Origin: Geobacter metallireducens GS-15
Lineage (GTDB): Bacteria; Desulfobacterota; Desulfuromonadia; Geobacterales; Geobacteraceae
Direction of reading: 5' to 3'
Assembly (NCBI RefSeq): GCF_000012925.1
Contig: NC_007517.1
Coordinates: 1,500,001-1,532,000 of the forward strand
Length of the DNA: 32,000 nt
In this document: piece by piece, positions 8,061 to 19,094 of the stretch
Numbering within the stretch: the stretch's first letter is position 1
Layout: the number at the start of each line of letters is the position of its first letter
The notes under the pieces: model-generated
What the model saw: only the letters and a program-made list of their open reading frames with translations
Databases searched by the model: none
What the model was told of the DNA's origin: nothing
Position numbers and translations under genes: made by a program

Positions 8061-8741
8061 ATGCTTTCCGCAGTCATTTTCGATTTCGACGGCATCATCG
8101 TCGATACCGAGCCGCTCCATTACCGGGCTTTCCAGGCTATTCTCGAGCCCCTGGGGCTCGGTTATGCCTGGGAGGAGTATGTGAATCTCTATATGGGGTT
8201 TGACGATCGCGATGCCTTCCGCGAGGCGTTCAGGGTGCACGGCAGGACCCTGAACGACCATGAACTGGAACTGCTCATCGACCGCAAGGCCGCGGCGTTC
8301 CAGGAGATCATCTCCAGTGGCGTTGCTCCCTATCCGGGAGTTGTCGAACTCATCCGATCCATCAACGGTACCTTCCCGTTGGCGCTTTGCAGCGGCGCCC
8401 TCAGGTGCGACATCCTCCCCATACTGGCGGGCCTCGGCCTGTCCAACGCCTTTGACGTGATGGTCACCGCCGAAGAGGTGACTGCCAGCAAGCCCGATCC
8501 CGCCAGCTACGCCCTTGCCGTGGAGCGGCTCGCCGCTGCCTTCGTCGACCGGGGGATTCTCCCCGGCCGCTGCATCGCCATCGAAGACACTCCCGCCGGC
8601 ATCGCCTCCGCCACCGGCGCCGGCATTCCCGTCATCGCCGTCACCAACAGCTATCCCGCCGAGATGCTCAGCGGCGCCGTCAGGGTGGTTGACTCACTTG
8701 CGGGGCTTGCTCTTGCGGACATCGAGAACCTGGCGAGATAG
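8061..8741 (+). CDS. HAD-IA family hydrolase (beta-phosphoglucomutase-like phosphatase)
   Basis: HAD motif I (VIFDFDGIIVDTE), motif II (LCSG), motif III Lys (ASKPDP) and motif IV (IEDTPAGI) are all present. GGAGG lies 7 nt upstream of the ATG. Confidence 0.85.
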   Translation: MLSAVIFDFDGIIVDTEPLHYRAFQAILEPLGLGYAWEEYVNLYMGFDDRDAFREAFRVHGRTLNDHELELLIDRKAAAFQEIISSGVAPYPGVVELIRSINGTFPLALCSGALRCDILPILAGLGLSNAFDVMVTAEEVTASKPDPASYALAVERLAAAFVDRGILPGRCIAIEDTPAGIASATGAGIPVIAVTNSYPAEMLSGAVRVVDSLAGLALADIENLAR

Positions 8742-8875
8742 CGAGGGAGTAAGGGAGCAAGTAGCGAGGGCGCGAGGGAGCGAGTAGCGAAGTCTCTCTG
8801 CGCCCTCGTTATCTCACTCTTTTACCACTCACTACCTCGCTATCTCGCTATCTCGCTATCTCACCATCTCGCCAT
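8735..8875. repeat. Empty copy of the octamer-built palindromic element, including 5 tandem CTCGCTAT-type octamers
   Basis: An outer stem pairs gagatagcgagg (8735-8746) with cctcgctatctc (8835-8846). An inner stem pairs cgagggcgc (8765-8773) with gcgccctcg (8800-8808). Tandem 8-mers are ctcgctat x3 (8836-8859), ctcaccat (8860-8867) and ctcgccat (8868-8875). Confidence 0.75.
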
Positions 8876-11402
8876 GCTTCTTCCCATTGAAGACATCCTG
8901 CCTCAGCTGACATCCTCCCTTCAGACCCACAATTCCGTGGTCATCCAGGCTCCGCCCGGAGCCGGCAAGACGACGCGTGTTCCCCTTGCACTCCTGGACG
9001 CCCCATGGCTCCGGGGGAAGGGGATTGTCATGCTCGAGCCGCGACGGCTCGCGGCCACCAATGCCGCCCGCTGGATGGCGTCCATCCTTGGCGAGGAAGC
9101 GGGAGGGACGGTGGGCTACACGATCCGCTTCGACCGGAAGGTGTCGCGCCAAACCCGGGTGGAGGTGGTTACCGAGGGAGTGCTCACTCGCCGGCTCCAG
9201 ACAGACCCGCTCCTCGAGGGGGTTGGCGCGGTGATCTTCGACGAGTTCCACGAGCGGAGCATCCATGCGGACCTGGCCCTGGCCCTCTGTCGCGACGTGC
9301 AGCAGGGATTGCGGGAGGAGCTGCGGATCATCGTCATGTCGGCGACCCTCGAAGCGGCGCCGGTGGCAGGGCTTCTGGGGGACGCGCCGATCATTACGAG
9401 CGAGGGGCGGAGTTTTTCCGTGGAGATCCGCCACCTTCCCGAGGATTCCCGCGACCCCCTCCCGATTGCCGTCTCCCGCGCCATTCGCACGGCCCTTGCT
9501 GTCACAGAGGGGGACATCCTCGCCTTTCTGCCGGGAGTAGGGGAAATCCGGCGTTGTCACCAATTCCTGCAGGAAGGGGAAGCGCTCCATTCTGCGCCTC
9601 TCATTGCTCCCCTCTATGGCGACCTCCCCTTTGCCGAACAGGAACGGGCCATTCTTTCCGCCGACCGGCGCAAGGTGGTGCTCGCCACCAATATAGCGGA
9701 AACGAGTCTCACCATCGAAGGGGTGCGGGTGGTCATCGACAGCGGTTTTTGCCGCCGGCTGCGGTTCGATCCCGGGTCGGGGCTTGACCGGCTCGTCACG
9801 GAGCGGATTTCGGCCGCCTCCGCCACCCAGCGGGCAGGGCGGGCCGGCCGGCTCGGTCCTGGCACCTGCTTCCGGCTCTGGTCCGAACACACTCAGCGGA
9901 CCCTCATTCCCGCCGACCCTCCCGAGATCGCCACCTCCGACCTGACACCGGTGGCCCTTGACCTGGCTGCCTGGGGGGTGACCGATGCCTCCACCCTTTC
10001 GTGGCTCACGCCCCCTCCGAAATCCTCTTTGGAGGAGGGGCGACAGCTCCTTGTTCAGCTTGAAGCCCTCGACCGCCACGGCATGATCACCGAGGTTGGC
10101 CGACGGATGGCGGAGCTGCCGGTCCATCCCCGCCTCGCCCACATGCTTACCAGGGCCGTCGGGAGGGGCGTTGGTCCCCTTGCCTGTGACGTGGCGGCGA
10201 TCATGTCGGAGCGTGACCTCGTGAAGGCTTCCGGAGGGACGGCGTTGGAGCGGAGCGAAAGCGACATGCTCGTTCGGGTTGAGGTGCTGAATGGGTGGCG
10301 GAAGGGGCGGCGCTTTGCAGGGGGGGATGCCGCGACCTGCCGCACCGTCGACCGCTCTGCCCAGCATCTGCGCAGGTTGCTCAACATCGGGAAGGAGCAT
10401 GCGGTTGTCGGCGCGGATGCCGAAACGGTGGGCCTCCTGCTCGCCTGGGCCTACCCGGATCGAATCGCGCTGCGCCGCGGTGACGGCGGGCGCCGGTATC
10501 TCCTTGCCGGAGGACGCGGGGCGCTTCTCTCCGAACGAAGCTCGGTCCATGACGAGCCGCTTCTGGTGGCCCATGTGGTGGAGCGGGGGGAGAGGGGAGA
10601 CGACCTGATTCGCCAGGCAAGTGTTCTGACGCTGGAAACCTTCAGAAGGGAGTTCTCCGACGGCATCGTCACCGGGAGGAACGTGTTCTGGGATGAGCGG
10701 GAAGGGAGGGTGGTAAGCTGCGAGGAGGAGCGGTTCGGTGCCCTCGTCCTCGGAAGCAGGCCATCCGCTGCCACGGCTGACGAGGTGCGAAGCGCACTGG
10801 TGGAGGGAATCGTGAGGGGGCCCGGCCTGTCAGCCCTTAGCTGGTCCACGGCCGCACGCCGGTTCAGGGCGCGGGTGCGGCTCATGGCCCGCGTTTTTCC
10901 CGACGAGGGATGGCCCAATCTCTCCGATGAGGCCCTCCTGGCAACCCTTGGCGAGTGGCTGGGACCTCAACTGGACGGGGTGCGGCGACTTGCCGACGCG
11001 GCTGCGGTGGACCTGCTCCCTCCCCTGCAGGGGCTCCTCCCCTGGAATCTGCTCCGCCGCCTCGATGAAGGGGCGCCGACCCATCTGGTGGTTCCGAGCG
11101 GTTCGCGGGTCCCTATCGATTACGGAGATGACGGGACACCGACCCTGGCGGTGAAGCTCCAGGAGATGTTCGGCCTTGCCGAGACCCCCACCGTGGCGTG
11201 GGGGAGGGTGCCGGTGGTTGTCCATCTCTTGTCGCCGGCTGGCCGCCCCCTTCAGGTGACCGCAGACCTGCGGGGGTTCTGGAACGGGGCCTACCAGGAG
11301 GTGAAAAAGGAAATGCGGGGACGCTACCCAAAGCACCCGTGGCCCGATGACCCGTGGACTGCCATACCCACGCGCAGGACAAAGGGGCATGAGAGAAAAT
11401 AG
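8874..11402 (+). CDS. hrpB: ATP-dependent RNA helicase HrpB (DEAH-box)
   Basis: Walker A (APPGAGKTT), a DEFHER box, helicase C motifs (TNIAETSLTIEGV, QRAGRAGR) and an HrpB-type C-terminal domain ending ...RYPKHPWPDDP are present. At 842 aa the length fits HrpB. Confidence 0.9.
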   Translation: MLLPIEDILPQLTSSLQTHNSVVIQAPPGAGKTTRVPLALLDAPWLRGKGIVMLEPRRLAATNAARWMASILGEEAGGTVGYTIRFDRKVSRQTRVEVVTEGVLTRRLQTDPLLEGVGAVIFDEFHERSIHADLALALCRDVQQGLREELRIIVMSATLEAAPVAGLLGDAPIITSEGRSFSVEIRHLPEDSRDPLPIAVSRAIRTALAVTEGDILAFLPGVGEIRRCHQFLQEGEALHSAPLIAPLYGDLPFAEQERAILSADRRKVVLATNIAETSLTIEGVRVVIDSGFCRRLRFDPGSGLDRLVTERISAASATQRAGRAGRLGPGTCFRLWSEHTQRTLIPADPPEIATSDLTPVALDLAAWGVTDASTLSWLTPPPKSSLEEGRQLLVQLEALDRHGMITEVGRRMAELPVHPRLAHMLTRAVGRGVGPLACDVAAIMSERDLVKASGGTALERSESDMLVRVEVLNGWRKGRRFAGGDAATCRTVDRSAQHLRRLLNIGKEHAVVGADAETVGLLLAWAYPDRIALRRGDGGRRYLLAGGRGALLSERSSVHDEPLLVAHVVERGERGDDLIRQASVLTLETFRREFSDGIVTGRNVFWDEREGRVVSCEEERFGALVLGSRPSAATADEVRSALVEGIVRGPGLSALSWSTAARRFRARVRLMARVFPDEGWPNLSDEALLATLGEWLGPQLDGVRRLADAAAVDLLPPLQGLLPWNLLRRLDEGAPTHLVVPSGSRVPIDYGDDGTPTLAVKLQEMFGLAETPTVAWGRVPVVVHLLSPAGRPLQVTADLRGFWNGAYQEVKKEMRGRYPKHPWPDDPWTAIPTRRTKGHERK

Positions 11403-11427
11403 TAAGATGTTTGATATAGTTGTGGAG

Positions 11428-12150
11428 TCAGTGGATATTGCTTAAATAGAGGGTCCCGTCCGCCTGGACGATGCGACGGATGGCATCGACTTTGCGCCGG
11501 TTGGAGGCACTCCCCATGGACGGTCCCCCAGCCAGGAAGGTGGAGGTGATGTTGGTTTCGCCCCGCCATGCTTCGAAGTGGAGGTGGGGGCCCGTTGAGC
11601 GCCCCGTGGAGCCCGAGAGGGCGATGGGGGAGGTGCCGTCCACTGAGTCATTTTCAGCCACAAGATTGACGGAATTGTGGGCATAGAGAGTAATGGTTCC
11701 GTCGCCGTGGTCCACGATGACCATGTTGCCATAGCCACCGCGCAATCCGGCAAAGACCACCCTTCCCGGAGCCACCGGACGGACGGCGGTTCCTTCGGCA
11801 ATGGCGATGTCGATTCCGTGGTGTTCGCGGAGGTTGCCGTTGATGGGGTCGTGGCGGAGCCCAACCAGTGAGGAGATTCTCCCGTGGACGGGAAGGGTAG
11901 GGGAAAACGTGGGAGATGACGCCTGTGACGGCTTTTCTCCGATGCCGGTGGCGGCCAGATGGCCGGGTATGCTCCGTCTGCCGCGGCGAGGGGCAGGCCG
12001 CTCCTTCATGACCAGCGTCGCACCGCTCTTCCCGGGGGCATCGGTGAAGCAGACCACTCCCTCTTCATCCACATAGCGGTAGATGTCGGCGACTCCTTCC
12101 CGGGGGAGGACAATAACGAGTGCAGCGATTATGAGGGTGCTCTTTCTCAT
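11428..12150 (-). CDS. M23 family metallopeptidase with N-terminal DUF4124-like segment
   Basis: A signal peptide (MRKSTLIIAALVIVL) is followed by DIYRYVDEEGVVCFTD, which is DUF4124-like. The M23 motifs HHGIDIA and GPHLHFE are present. Confidence 0.85.
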   Translation of the reverse strand: MRKSTLIIAALVIVLPREGVADIYRYVDEEGVVCFTDAPGKSGATLVMKERPAPRRGRRSIPGHLAATGIGEKPSQASSPTFSPTLPVHGRISSLVGLRHDPINGNLREHHGIDIAIAEGTAVRPVAPGRVVFAGLRGGYGNMVIVDHGDGTITLYAHNSVNLVAENDSVDGTSPIALSGSTGRSTGPHLHFEAWRGETNITSTFLAGGPSMGSASNRRKVDAIRRIVQADGTLYLSNIH

Positions 12151-12356
12151 GGTCTGGACTCCGGTACTATACCTATCGGCATCAGAGCCTGCAAGCTTGA
12201 GATGAGAGTATATTTTTCGTGCGATGCTTCTGATTTGTGCATGGTGATTCTGTTTGTGCCTTATTTTTGAGCTGATACGTTTCCGCTCCTCGCATTAGAG
12301 TGCGCTTTTGTTGTGAAAAGTATTGTAATCGTTAGTGAAAATAAAGTCTGCCGTTT

Positions 12357-12373
12357 TGGGCAAAGTATTTGCT
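12357..12373 (+). promoter_or_regulatory. Candidate sigma-54 (-24/-12) promoter of glnB-glnA
   Basis: The site reads tTGGGCAaagtatTTGCTt. GG is at 12359-12360 and GC at 12371-12372, giving the canonical GG-N10-GC spacing of TGGCAC-N5-TTGCW. It lies 111 nt upstream of the glnB start. Confidence 0.55.
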
Positions 12374-12387
12374 TTGCCCATGAATAG

Positions 12388-12822
<435 letters not shown>

Positions 12823-12871
12823 AATCACTACTATACGCCAGGTAGTTTTACCATTGAAAGGAGACGTTTTG

Positions 12872-14284
<1,413 letters not shown>

Positions 14285-14314
14285 GCCCATAGGCGGTACT
14301 GCATCATCACGAAA

Positions 14315-14340
14315 GGCGGGAGCGATCCCGCCTTTTTTTT
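14315..14340 (+). terminator. Rho-independent terminator after glnA
   Basis: The stem pairs ggcggga (14315-14321) with tcccgcc (14326-14332) around a gcga loop. A T8 run follows at 14333-14340. Confidence 0.8.
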
Positions 14341-14375
14341 ATCCTGTAGCCCCATGTTATGAAGCCAAACCGTTC

Positions 14376-14405
14376 TTGACTTTCCGCGGCCGTTCCGGCT
14401 ACTAT
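14376..14405 (+). promoter_or_regulatory. Candidate sigma-70 promoter abutting the ispG start codon
   Basis: The -35 element is TTGACT (14376-14381), followed by an 18-nt spacer and TACTAT (14400-14405). The ATG at 14414 is only 8 nt beyond the -10 element. Confidence 0.4.
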
Positions 14406-14413
14406 GCTCCGCT

Positions 14414-15481
14414 ATGATACGCGAAACCAGGCAGATTCACGTAGGAAATGTCGCCATCGGCGGGGGAGCCCCCTGTTCGGTGCAGTCCATGTGCAACACC
14501 GATACCCGCGACGTGGCAGCCACCCTTTCCCAGGTTCTCTCCCTTTCATCGGCGGGTTGTGAGATCGTCCGCTGCGCCGTGCCCGACATGGCGGCGGCCG
14601 AAGCGCTGGGTGAGATCAAGCGGCAGAGCCCGATCCCGGTCATCGCCGACATCCACTTCGATTATCGCCTTGCCCTGCGGGTGCTCGAAGGGGGGATTGA
14701 CGGCCTGCGCCTCAACCCCGGCAATATCGGCGAGCGGTGGAAGGTGGAAGAGGTGGTGAAGGCGGCCCGGGAGCGCCTCGTCCCGATCCGGATCGGTGTC
14801 AATGCCGGTTCCCTGGAGAAGGAGCTCCTCGAAAAGTACGGCCATCCCACCGCCGAGGCCATGGTTGAGTCGGCCCTGGGCCATGTCCGCATCCTCGAGG
14901 ATATCGGCTACGACCAGATCAAGATCTCCCTCAAGGCCTCCGACGTCATGAAGACCGTGGAAGCCTACCGGCTCCTGGCTCAGAAGGTCGATTACCCTCT
15001 CCACATCGGCATCACCGAAGCCGGCACCATCTTCTCCGGCACCATCAAGTCCTCCGTGGGGCTCGGCATCCTCCTGGCCGACGGCATCGGCGACACCATG
15101 CGCGTATCGCTCACCGGCGATCCCGTGGACGAAGTGCGGGTCGGCTTCGAGATTCTCAAGGCCCTGGGGTTGCGGCAGCGGGGAATCAATTTCGTCTCCT
15201 GTCCCACCTGCGGCCGTTGCCAGATCAATCTGATCGGCGTCGCCCAGGAGGTGGAGAACCGCCTCGCCGCCATCGATACTCCTCTGACCGTGGCTGTCAT
15301 GGGGTGTGTGGTGAACGGTCCGGGCGAGGCGCGGGAGGCCGATGTGGGGATCGCCGGAGGGAAGGGTGAAGGACTCCTTTTCCGGCATGGCGAGATCGTC
15401 CGCAAGGTCCCCGAAGCCGAGATGGCCGATGCCTTGATCGCCGAGGTGGAGCAAATGGCCAAGGAAAAAACACACTCATAG
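14414..15481 (+). CDS. ispG: 4-hydroxy-3-methylbut-2-en-1-yl diphosphate synthase (flavodoxin/ferredoxin)
   Basis: The N-terminus reads [24 protein letters not shown], and the product has the ADIHFD motif. The C-terminal cluster cysteines are present (SCPTCGRC ... GCVVNGPGE). Confidence 0.95.
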   Translation: MIRETRQIHVGNVAIGGGAPCSVQSMCNTDTRDVAATLSQVLSLSSAGCEIVRCAVPDMAAAEALGEIKRQSPIPVIADIHFDYRLALRVLEGGIDGLRLNPGNIGERWKVEEVVKAARERLVPIRIGVNAGSLEKELLEKYGHPTAEAMVESALGHVRILEDIGYDQIKISLKASDVMKTVEAYRLLAQKVDYPLHIGITEAGTIFSGTIKSSVGLGILLADGIGDTMRVSLTGDPVDEVRVGFEILKALGLRQRGINFVSCPTCGRCQINLIGVAQEVENRLAAIDTPLTVAVMGCVVNGPGEAREADVGIAGGKGEGLLFRHGEIVRKVPEAEMADALIAEVEQMAKEKTHS

Positions 15482-15492
15482 AGGTTCGTTTA

Positions 15493-17205
15493 ATGCGCTA
15501 TTCCCAGTATTTCATCCCCACGGTCAAGGAGACTCCTTCCGACGCCGAGGTCGTTTCCCACAAGCTCATGCTCCGTGCTGGCATGATCCGCAAGCTCGCC
15601 GCCGGCATCTACAACTATCTTCCCCTGGGGCTCCGCTCCATCCGCAAGGTCGAACAGATTGTCCGCGAGGAGATGAACCGGGCCGGTGCCATCGAGCTTC
15701 TCATGCCGAGCGTCCAGCCGGCTGAGCTCTGGCAGGAGTCGAAGCGGTGGGAGCAGTACGGCAAAGAACTTCTCCGCTTCAAGGATCGCAAGGACGCCGA
15801 ATTTTGCCTTGGACCGACCCACGAGGAGGTCATTACCGACCTCGTGCGCCGCGAGGTGAAGAGCTACCGGCAGCTGCCCTTGAATCTCTATCAGGTACAA
15901 TCCAAGTTCCGGGACGAGATCCGTCCCCGGTTCGGTCTCATGCGGGGCCGCGAGTTCATTATGAAGGATGCCTATTCCTTTGACGTGAGCTCCGAGGCGG
16001 CTGATACCTCCTATGACAAGATGTATCAGGCCTACCGCCGCATCTTCCAGCGCTGCGGCCTCAAGTTCCGGGCAGTGGAGGCGGATACCGGCTCCATCGG
16101 CGGCTCCTCGTCCCACGAGTTCATGGTGCTTGCCGATTCGGGTGAGGATGCCATCGTCTCCTGCACCGCCTGCGAGTATGCCGCCAACGTGGAGAAGGCC
16201 GAGGCCCGGCTCTTCCCGTCCGAGCATGCCGAGCCCCGGGAACTGGAAAAAGTGGAGACCCCCCAGAAGCGGAGCGTCGAAGAGGTGACCACCTTCCTCG
16301 GCATTCCCGCCTCGTCTCTGGTGAAGACCCTCCTCTGCGTTGCTGACGGAGAGCCGGTGGCAGCGTTGGTGCGTGGCGACCACGACCTGAACGAGATCAA
16401 GCTCAAGCACCTTCTCGGCTGCGAAGAGTTGGAGATGGCCAGTGAGGAGATCGTGGAGCGGGTCACCGGCGCTCCCGTCGGCTTTGCCGGCCCCGTGGGG
16501 TTGAAGATCAAGATCGTCGCCGACTTGACGATCCAGGGAATGAAAAACTTTGTCACCGGCGGCAATGCCCGTGATCTCCATTTCAAGAACGTGAACATCG
16601 GTAGGGATTTTACCCCTGCGCTCATTGCCGACATCCGCAACGTGGTCCACGGCGACCCCTGTCCCCGCTGCGAGGCCGGGCACCTGGAGATGTGGCGCGG
16701 CATCGAGGTCGGGCACGTCTTCAAGCTGGGAACCAAGTACTCCGAGTCCCTCCGGGCGACCTTTCTGGACGCCGACGGCAAGGAGCAGGTCATCTTCATG
16801 GGATGCTACGGCATCGGCATCAGTCGGACCGTGGCCGCCTGCATCGAGCAGAACCACGACGCCGACGGCATCATCTTCCCGATCCCCATCGCGCCGTTCC
16901 ACTGCATCATCTCGGCCGTCAGCACGAAGGATGCGGAGGTCGTGGCCGCGTGCGATGAACTCTATCGTGCCCTCACTGCTGTCGGCGTCGAGGTTCTCTT
17001 TGACGACCGCGACGAGCGCCCCGGTTCCAAGTTCAAGGACGCCGACCTTATCGGCATCCCGCTCAGGATAGTCGTGGGGAGCAAGAACCTGGCGGAAGGT
17101 AAGGTTGAACTCAAATCCCGCAAGGGCGGTGAGGTTTCTCTCCTCCCCCTGGCCGAGGCAGTGGAGACGGTCAAGGGGCTCGTCGTTGCAGCTCTCAATC
17201 AGTAA
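15493..17205 (+). CDS. proS: Proline--tRNA ligase (bacterial type with INS editing domain)
   Basis: The product starts [34 protein letters not shown]. It shows class II motifs ([34 protein letters not shown]) and is 570 aa. Confidence 0.95.
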   Translation: MRYSQYFIPTVKETPSDAEVVSHKLMLRAGMIRKLAAGIYNYLPLGLRSIRKVEQIVREEMNRAGAIELLMPSVQPAELWQESKRWEQYGKELLRFKDRKDAEFCLGPTHEEVITDLVRREVKSYRQLPLNLYQVQSKFRDEIRPRFGLMRGREFIMKDAYSFDVSSEAADTSYDKMYQAYRRIFQRCGLKFRAVEADTGSIGGSSSHEFMVLADSGEDAIVSCTACEYAANVEKAEARLFPSEHAEPRELEKVETPQKRSVEEVTTFLGIPASSLVKTLLCVADGEPVAALVRGDHDLNEIKLKHLLGCEELEMASEEIVERVTGAPVGFAGPVGLKIKIVADLTIQGMKNFVTGGNARDLHFKNVNIGRDFTPALIADIRNVVHGDPCPRCEAGHLEMWRGIEVGHVFKLGTKYSESLRATFLDADGKEQVIFMGCYGIGISRTVAACIEQNHDADGIIFPIPIAPFHCIISAVSTKDAEVVAACDELYRALTAVGVEVLFDDRDERPGSKFKDADLIGIPLRIVVGSKNLAEGKVELKSRKGGEVSLLPLAEAVETVKGLVVAALNQ

Positions 17206-17232
17206 TATCCATTCAAGGAGACGATACGCACA

Positions 17233-17952
17233 ATGACGAGAGACCAGGCCCGCGAAAAGGTCATTTTTGCCCTTGATACCGGTGAATTCGCCCATGTGCA
17301 GTACTGGGCCGAAACGCTGTCCGACAAGGTCGGGATGTATAAAATCGGCAAGCAACTCTTCACCGCCTGCGGCCCAGCCGCGGTGCGAATGATCCAGAAG
17401 TTCGGCGGCGAGGTCTTTCTCGACCTCAAGTTCCACGACATCCCCAATACCGTTGCCATGGCCTCGGTGGAGGCGGCCCGCATGGGAGTTAAACTTTTCA
17501 ATCTCCATGCCCTGGGTGGCTATGAGATGATGGCGAAAACAGTGGAGGCCCTCGACAAGGAATTCAAGGGAGGGGATAGGGCAAAGGTCCTGGCGGTCAC
17601 TATTCTCACCTCTTCCACCGAGGAGACCCTCAAGGATTTGGGGATTGAACACACCGTCCCCGACATGGTGGTGCGGCTCGCGACCCTTGCCAGGAAAGCC
17701 GGCATCGATGGCGTCGTGGCTTCGCCCCGGGAGATTCCCCTCATCCGCGAAGCATGCGGGAGCGACTTCCTCATTGTCACTCCTGGCGTTCGCCCGTCCT
17801 TCGCGGCCCTCAATGATCAGAAGCGGGTCATGACGCCGGCGGAGGCGGTGAAGGCGGGGAGTGATTATCTCGTCATCGGCCGCCCCATTGGTGATGCGCC
17901 GGACCCGGCCGCTGCCGCCGAGCTGATTCTCGGCGAGATTGTTGCCGGCTGA
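17233..17952 (+). CDS. pyrF: Orotidine 5'-phosphate decarboxylase
   Basis: The motifs FALD, MYKIG, FLDLKFHDIPNTV and DYLVIGRPI are present. AAGGAGA lies upstream of the start. Confidence 0.9.
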   Translation: MTRDQAREKVIFALDTGEFAHVQYWAETLSDKVGMYKIGKQLFTACGPAAVRMIQKFGGEVFLDLKFHDIPNTVAMASVEAARMGVKLFNLHALGGYEMMAKTVEALDKEFKGGDRAKVLAVTILTSSTEETLKDLGIEHTVPDMVVRLATLARKAGIDGVVASPREIPLIREACGSDFLIVTPGVRPSFAALNDQKRVMTPAEAVKAGSDYLVIGRPIGDAPDPAAAAELILGEIVAG

Positions 17953-17971
17953 GCCGGATGAAAGGCTACGA

Positions 17972-18724
17972 GTGAAAGAAGAGATACTTTACGGGATCAA
18001 CAGTGCCATGGAGGCCCTGCGCGGCAAGCGGAGGGCCTTTGAGCTTTTCGTCTCCCGCGATGCCAGCGATCGCCGCATGGAGAAGCTCCTGAAGCTTGCC
18101 ACAGAGAAGGGAGTCCCGGTCCGCAACCGTGACAAGCGCGATATCAGTCGTCTCTGTGGCACCGATCACCATCAGGGGGTGGCACTCAAGCTAGAGGGGT
18201 TTCCCTATACCGGGTTGAGCGATATTATCGACGCCTGGCGCGAATCCGGGGAGAGGGGACTTATCCTCGCCCTCGACGGTGTGCAGGACCCCCACAACCT
18301 GGGTGCCCTCATCCGGAGCGCCGCCTGTGCTGGTGCACACGGGGTCATCATCCCCAAGGATAGGGCCGCCAGGGTGACGGCCACGGTGGAGAAGAGCGCC
18401 GCAGGTGCCGCTGAAACCATACCCGTTGCCCAGGTCACCAATCTGGCCCAAGCCCTCGACGAGTTGAAGGAGGCTGGCTTCTGGATTTACGGCGCTGCCG
18501 ACAGTGCCGCCTCGTCCCTCTATGATCAGGATCTGTCTGGAAATGTAGTTATTGTGATTGGCAGTGAAGGGGAGGGGGTGAGGCCCCTGGTGCGGAAGAA
18601 GTGTGATTTCCTCGTTGCCATTCCGCTCAGGGGAGGCGTAAGTTCCCTCAACGCATCGGTTGCTGGGGGGGTAATTCTCTTCGAGGTCCTTCGCCAGAGG
18701 CTGGCTTTTTCACCTCAGAACTGA
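17972..18724 (+). CDS. rlmB: 23S rRNA (guanosine-2'-O)-methyltransferase RlmB / TrmH (SpoU) family
   Basis: The N-terminal SpoU substrate-binding segment reads ILYGINSAMEAL. The SpoU methylase motifs LDGVQDPHNLGALIRSA, VVIVIGSEGEGV and SLNASVAGGVILFE are present. The GTG at 17972 gives 250 aa. The track's TTG at 17939 would overlap pyrF, so the start is uncertain. Confidence 0.8.
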   Translation: MKEEILYGINSAMEALRGKRRAFELFVSRDASDRRMEKLLKLATEKGVPVRNRDKRDISRLCGTDHHQGVALKLEGFPYTGLSDIIDAWRESGERGLILALDGVQDPHNLGALIRSAACAGAHGVIIPKDRAARVTATVEKSAAGAAETIPVAQVTNLAQALDELKEAGFWIYGAADSAASSLYDQDLSGNVVIVIGSEGEGVRPLVRKKCDFLVAIPLRGGVSSLNASVAGGVILFEVLRQRLAFSPQN

Positions 18725-18728
18725 AAAA

Positions 18729-18765
18729 GGGTCTTCAGCAATGATGCTGAAGACCCTCTGATTTT
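18729..18765. terminator. Hairpin between rlmB and the convergent tRNA-Leu (likely bidirectional terminator)
   Basis: A 12-bp perfect stem pairs gggtcttcagca (18729-18740) with tgctgaagaccc (18745-18756) around an atga loop. An A-run lies upstream (aaaaa) and tctgatttt lies downstream. Confidence 0.6.
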
Positions 18766-18768
18766 GAA

Positions 18769-18855
18769 TGGTGCCGGAGGTCGGAATCGAACCGACACGG
18801 GATTGCTCCCGGCGGATTTTGAGTCCGCTGCGTCTACCAGTTTCACCACTCCGGC
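18769..18855 (-). tRNA. tRNA-Leu (anticodon CAA)
   Basis: The reverse complement is GCCGGAGTGGTGAAACTGGTAGACGCAGCGGACTCAAAATCCGCCGGGAGCAATCCCGTGTCGGTTCGATTCCGACCTCCGGCACCA. The 7-bp acceptor stem pairs GCCGGAG with CTCCGGC. The anticodon loop is CUCAAAA, there is a long variable arm, and the sequence has GGTTCGATTCC and an encoded CCA. Length is 87 nt. Confidence 0.93.
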
Positions 18856-18867
18856 AAAAGTGGCCGG

Positions 18868-18896
18868 ATTAAACCACATGTGCTGGAGAGCGTCAA
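18868..18896 (-). promoter_or_regulatory. Candidate sigma-70 promoter of tRNA-Leu
   Basis: The minus strand reads TTGACG (plus-strand 18896-18891), a 17-nt spacer and TTTAAT (18873-18868). The -10 element lies 12 nt upstream of the mature tRNA 5' end. Confidence 0.5.
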
Positions 18897-18933
18897 GGGT
18901 AAATCCCCCGCTAATTTTTTTAGGAAAAATGTA

Positions 18934-18963
18934 TTGACACTCTTGATGCCATTTTGGTATAAA
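18934..18963 (+). promoter_or_regulatory. Candidate sigma-70 promoter of tRNA-Ala with A/T-rich UP-like tract
   Basis: TTGACA (18934-18939) is followed by an 18-nt spacer and TATAAA (18958-18963). The tract ctaatttttttaggaaaaatg lies immediately upstream. The tRNA starts at 18981. Confidence 0.55.
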
Positions 18964-18980
18964 CCAAATCTCTTTTGAAC

Positions 18981-19056
<76 letters not shown>

Positions 19057-19065
19057 AAACATTAA

Positions 19066-19094
19066 GGGGTTGGCCGAAAGGCCAGCCCCTTTTT
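19066..19094 (+). terminator. Rho-independent terminator after tRNA-Ala
   Basis: The stem pairs ggggttggcc (19066-19075) with ggccagcccc (19080-19089) around a gaaa loop, with one G-U pair. The run ttttt follows. Confidence 0.8.

Noticed and set aside
8836-8875. Tandem 8-bp repeats considered as a possible CRISPR array or microsatellite.
   Set aside because: The units are only 8 bp with no spacers, and no cas genes are present. They form one arm of a larger palindromic element, so this is not a CRISPR array.
8856-10574. A 572-aa ORF antisense to hrpB. Similar very long antisense ORFs are 12848-14290 (glnA), 14546-15475 (ispG), 15490-17652 (proS+pyrF), 19768-20838 (aspS), 21891-23753 (icd), 24212-25228 (mdh) and 30087-31415 (PATAN and 7-TM genes).
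   Set aside because: In every case the antisense codons are in exact register with the sense codons; I checked coordinates modulo 3. These ORFs therefore only reflect the near absence of TTA, CTA and TCA codons in the real genes. Their translations are low-complexity, Arg/Gly/Pro-rich and motif-free, whereas the sense strands encode unmistakable conserved enzymes.
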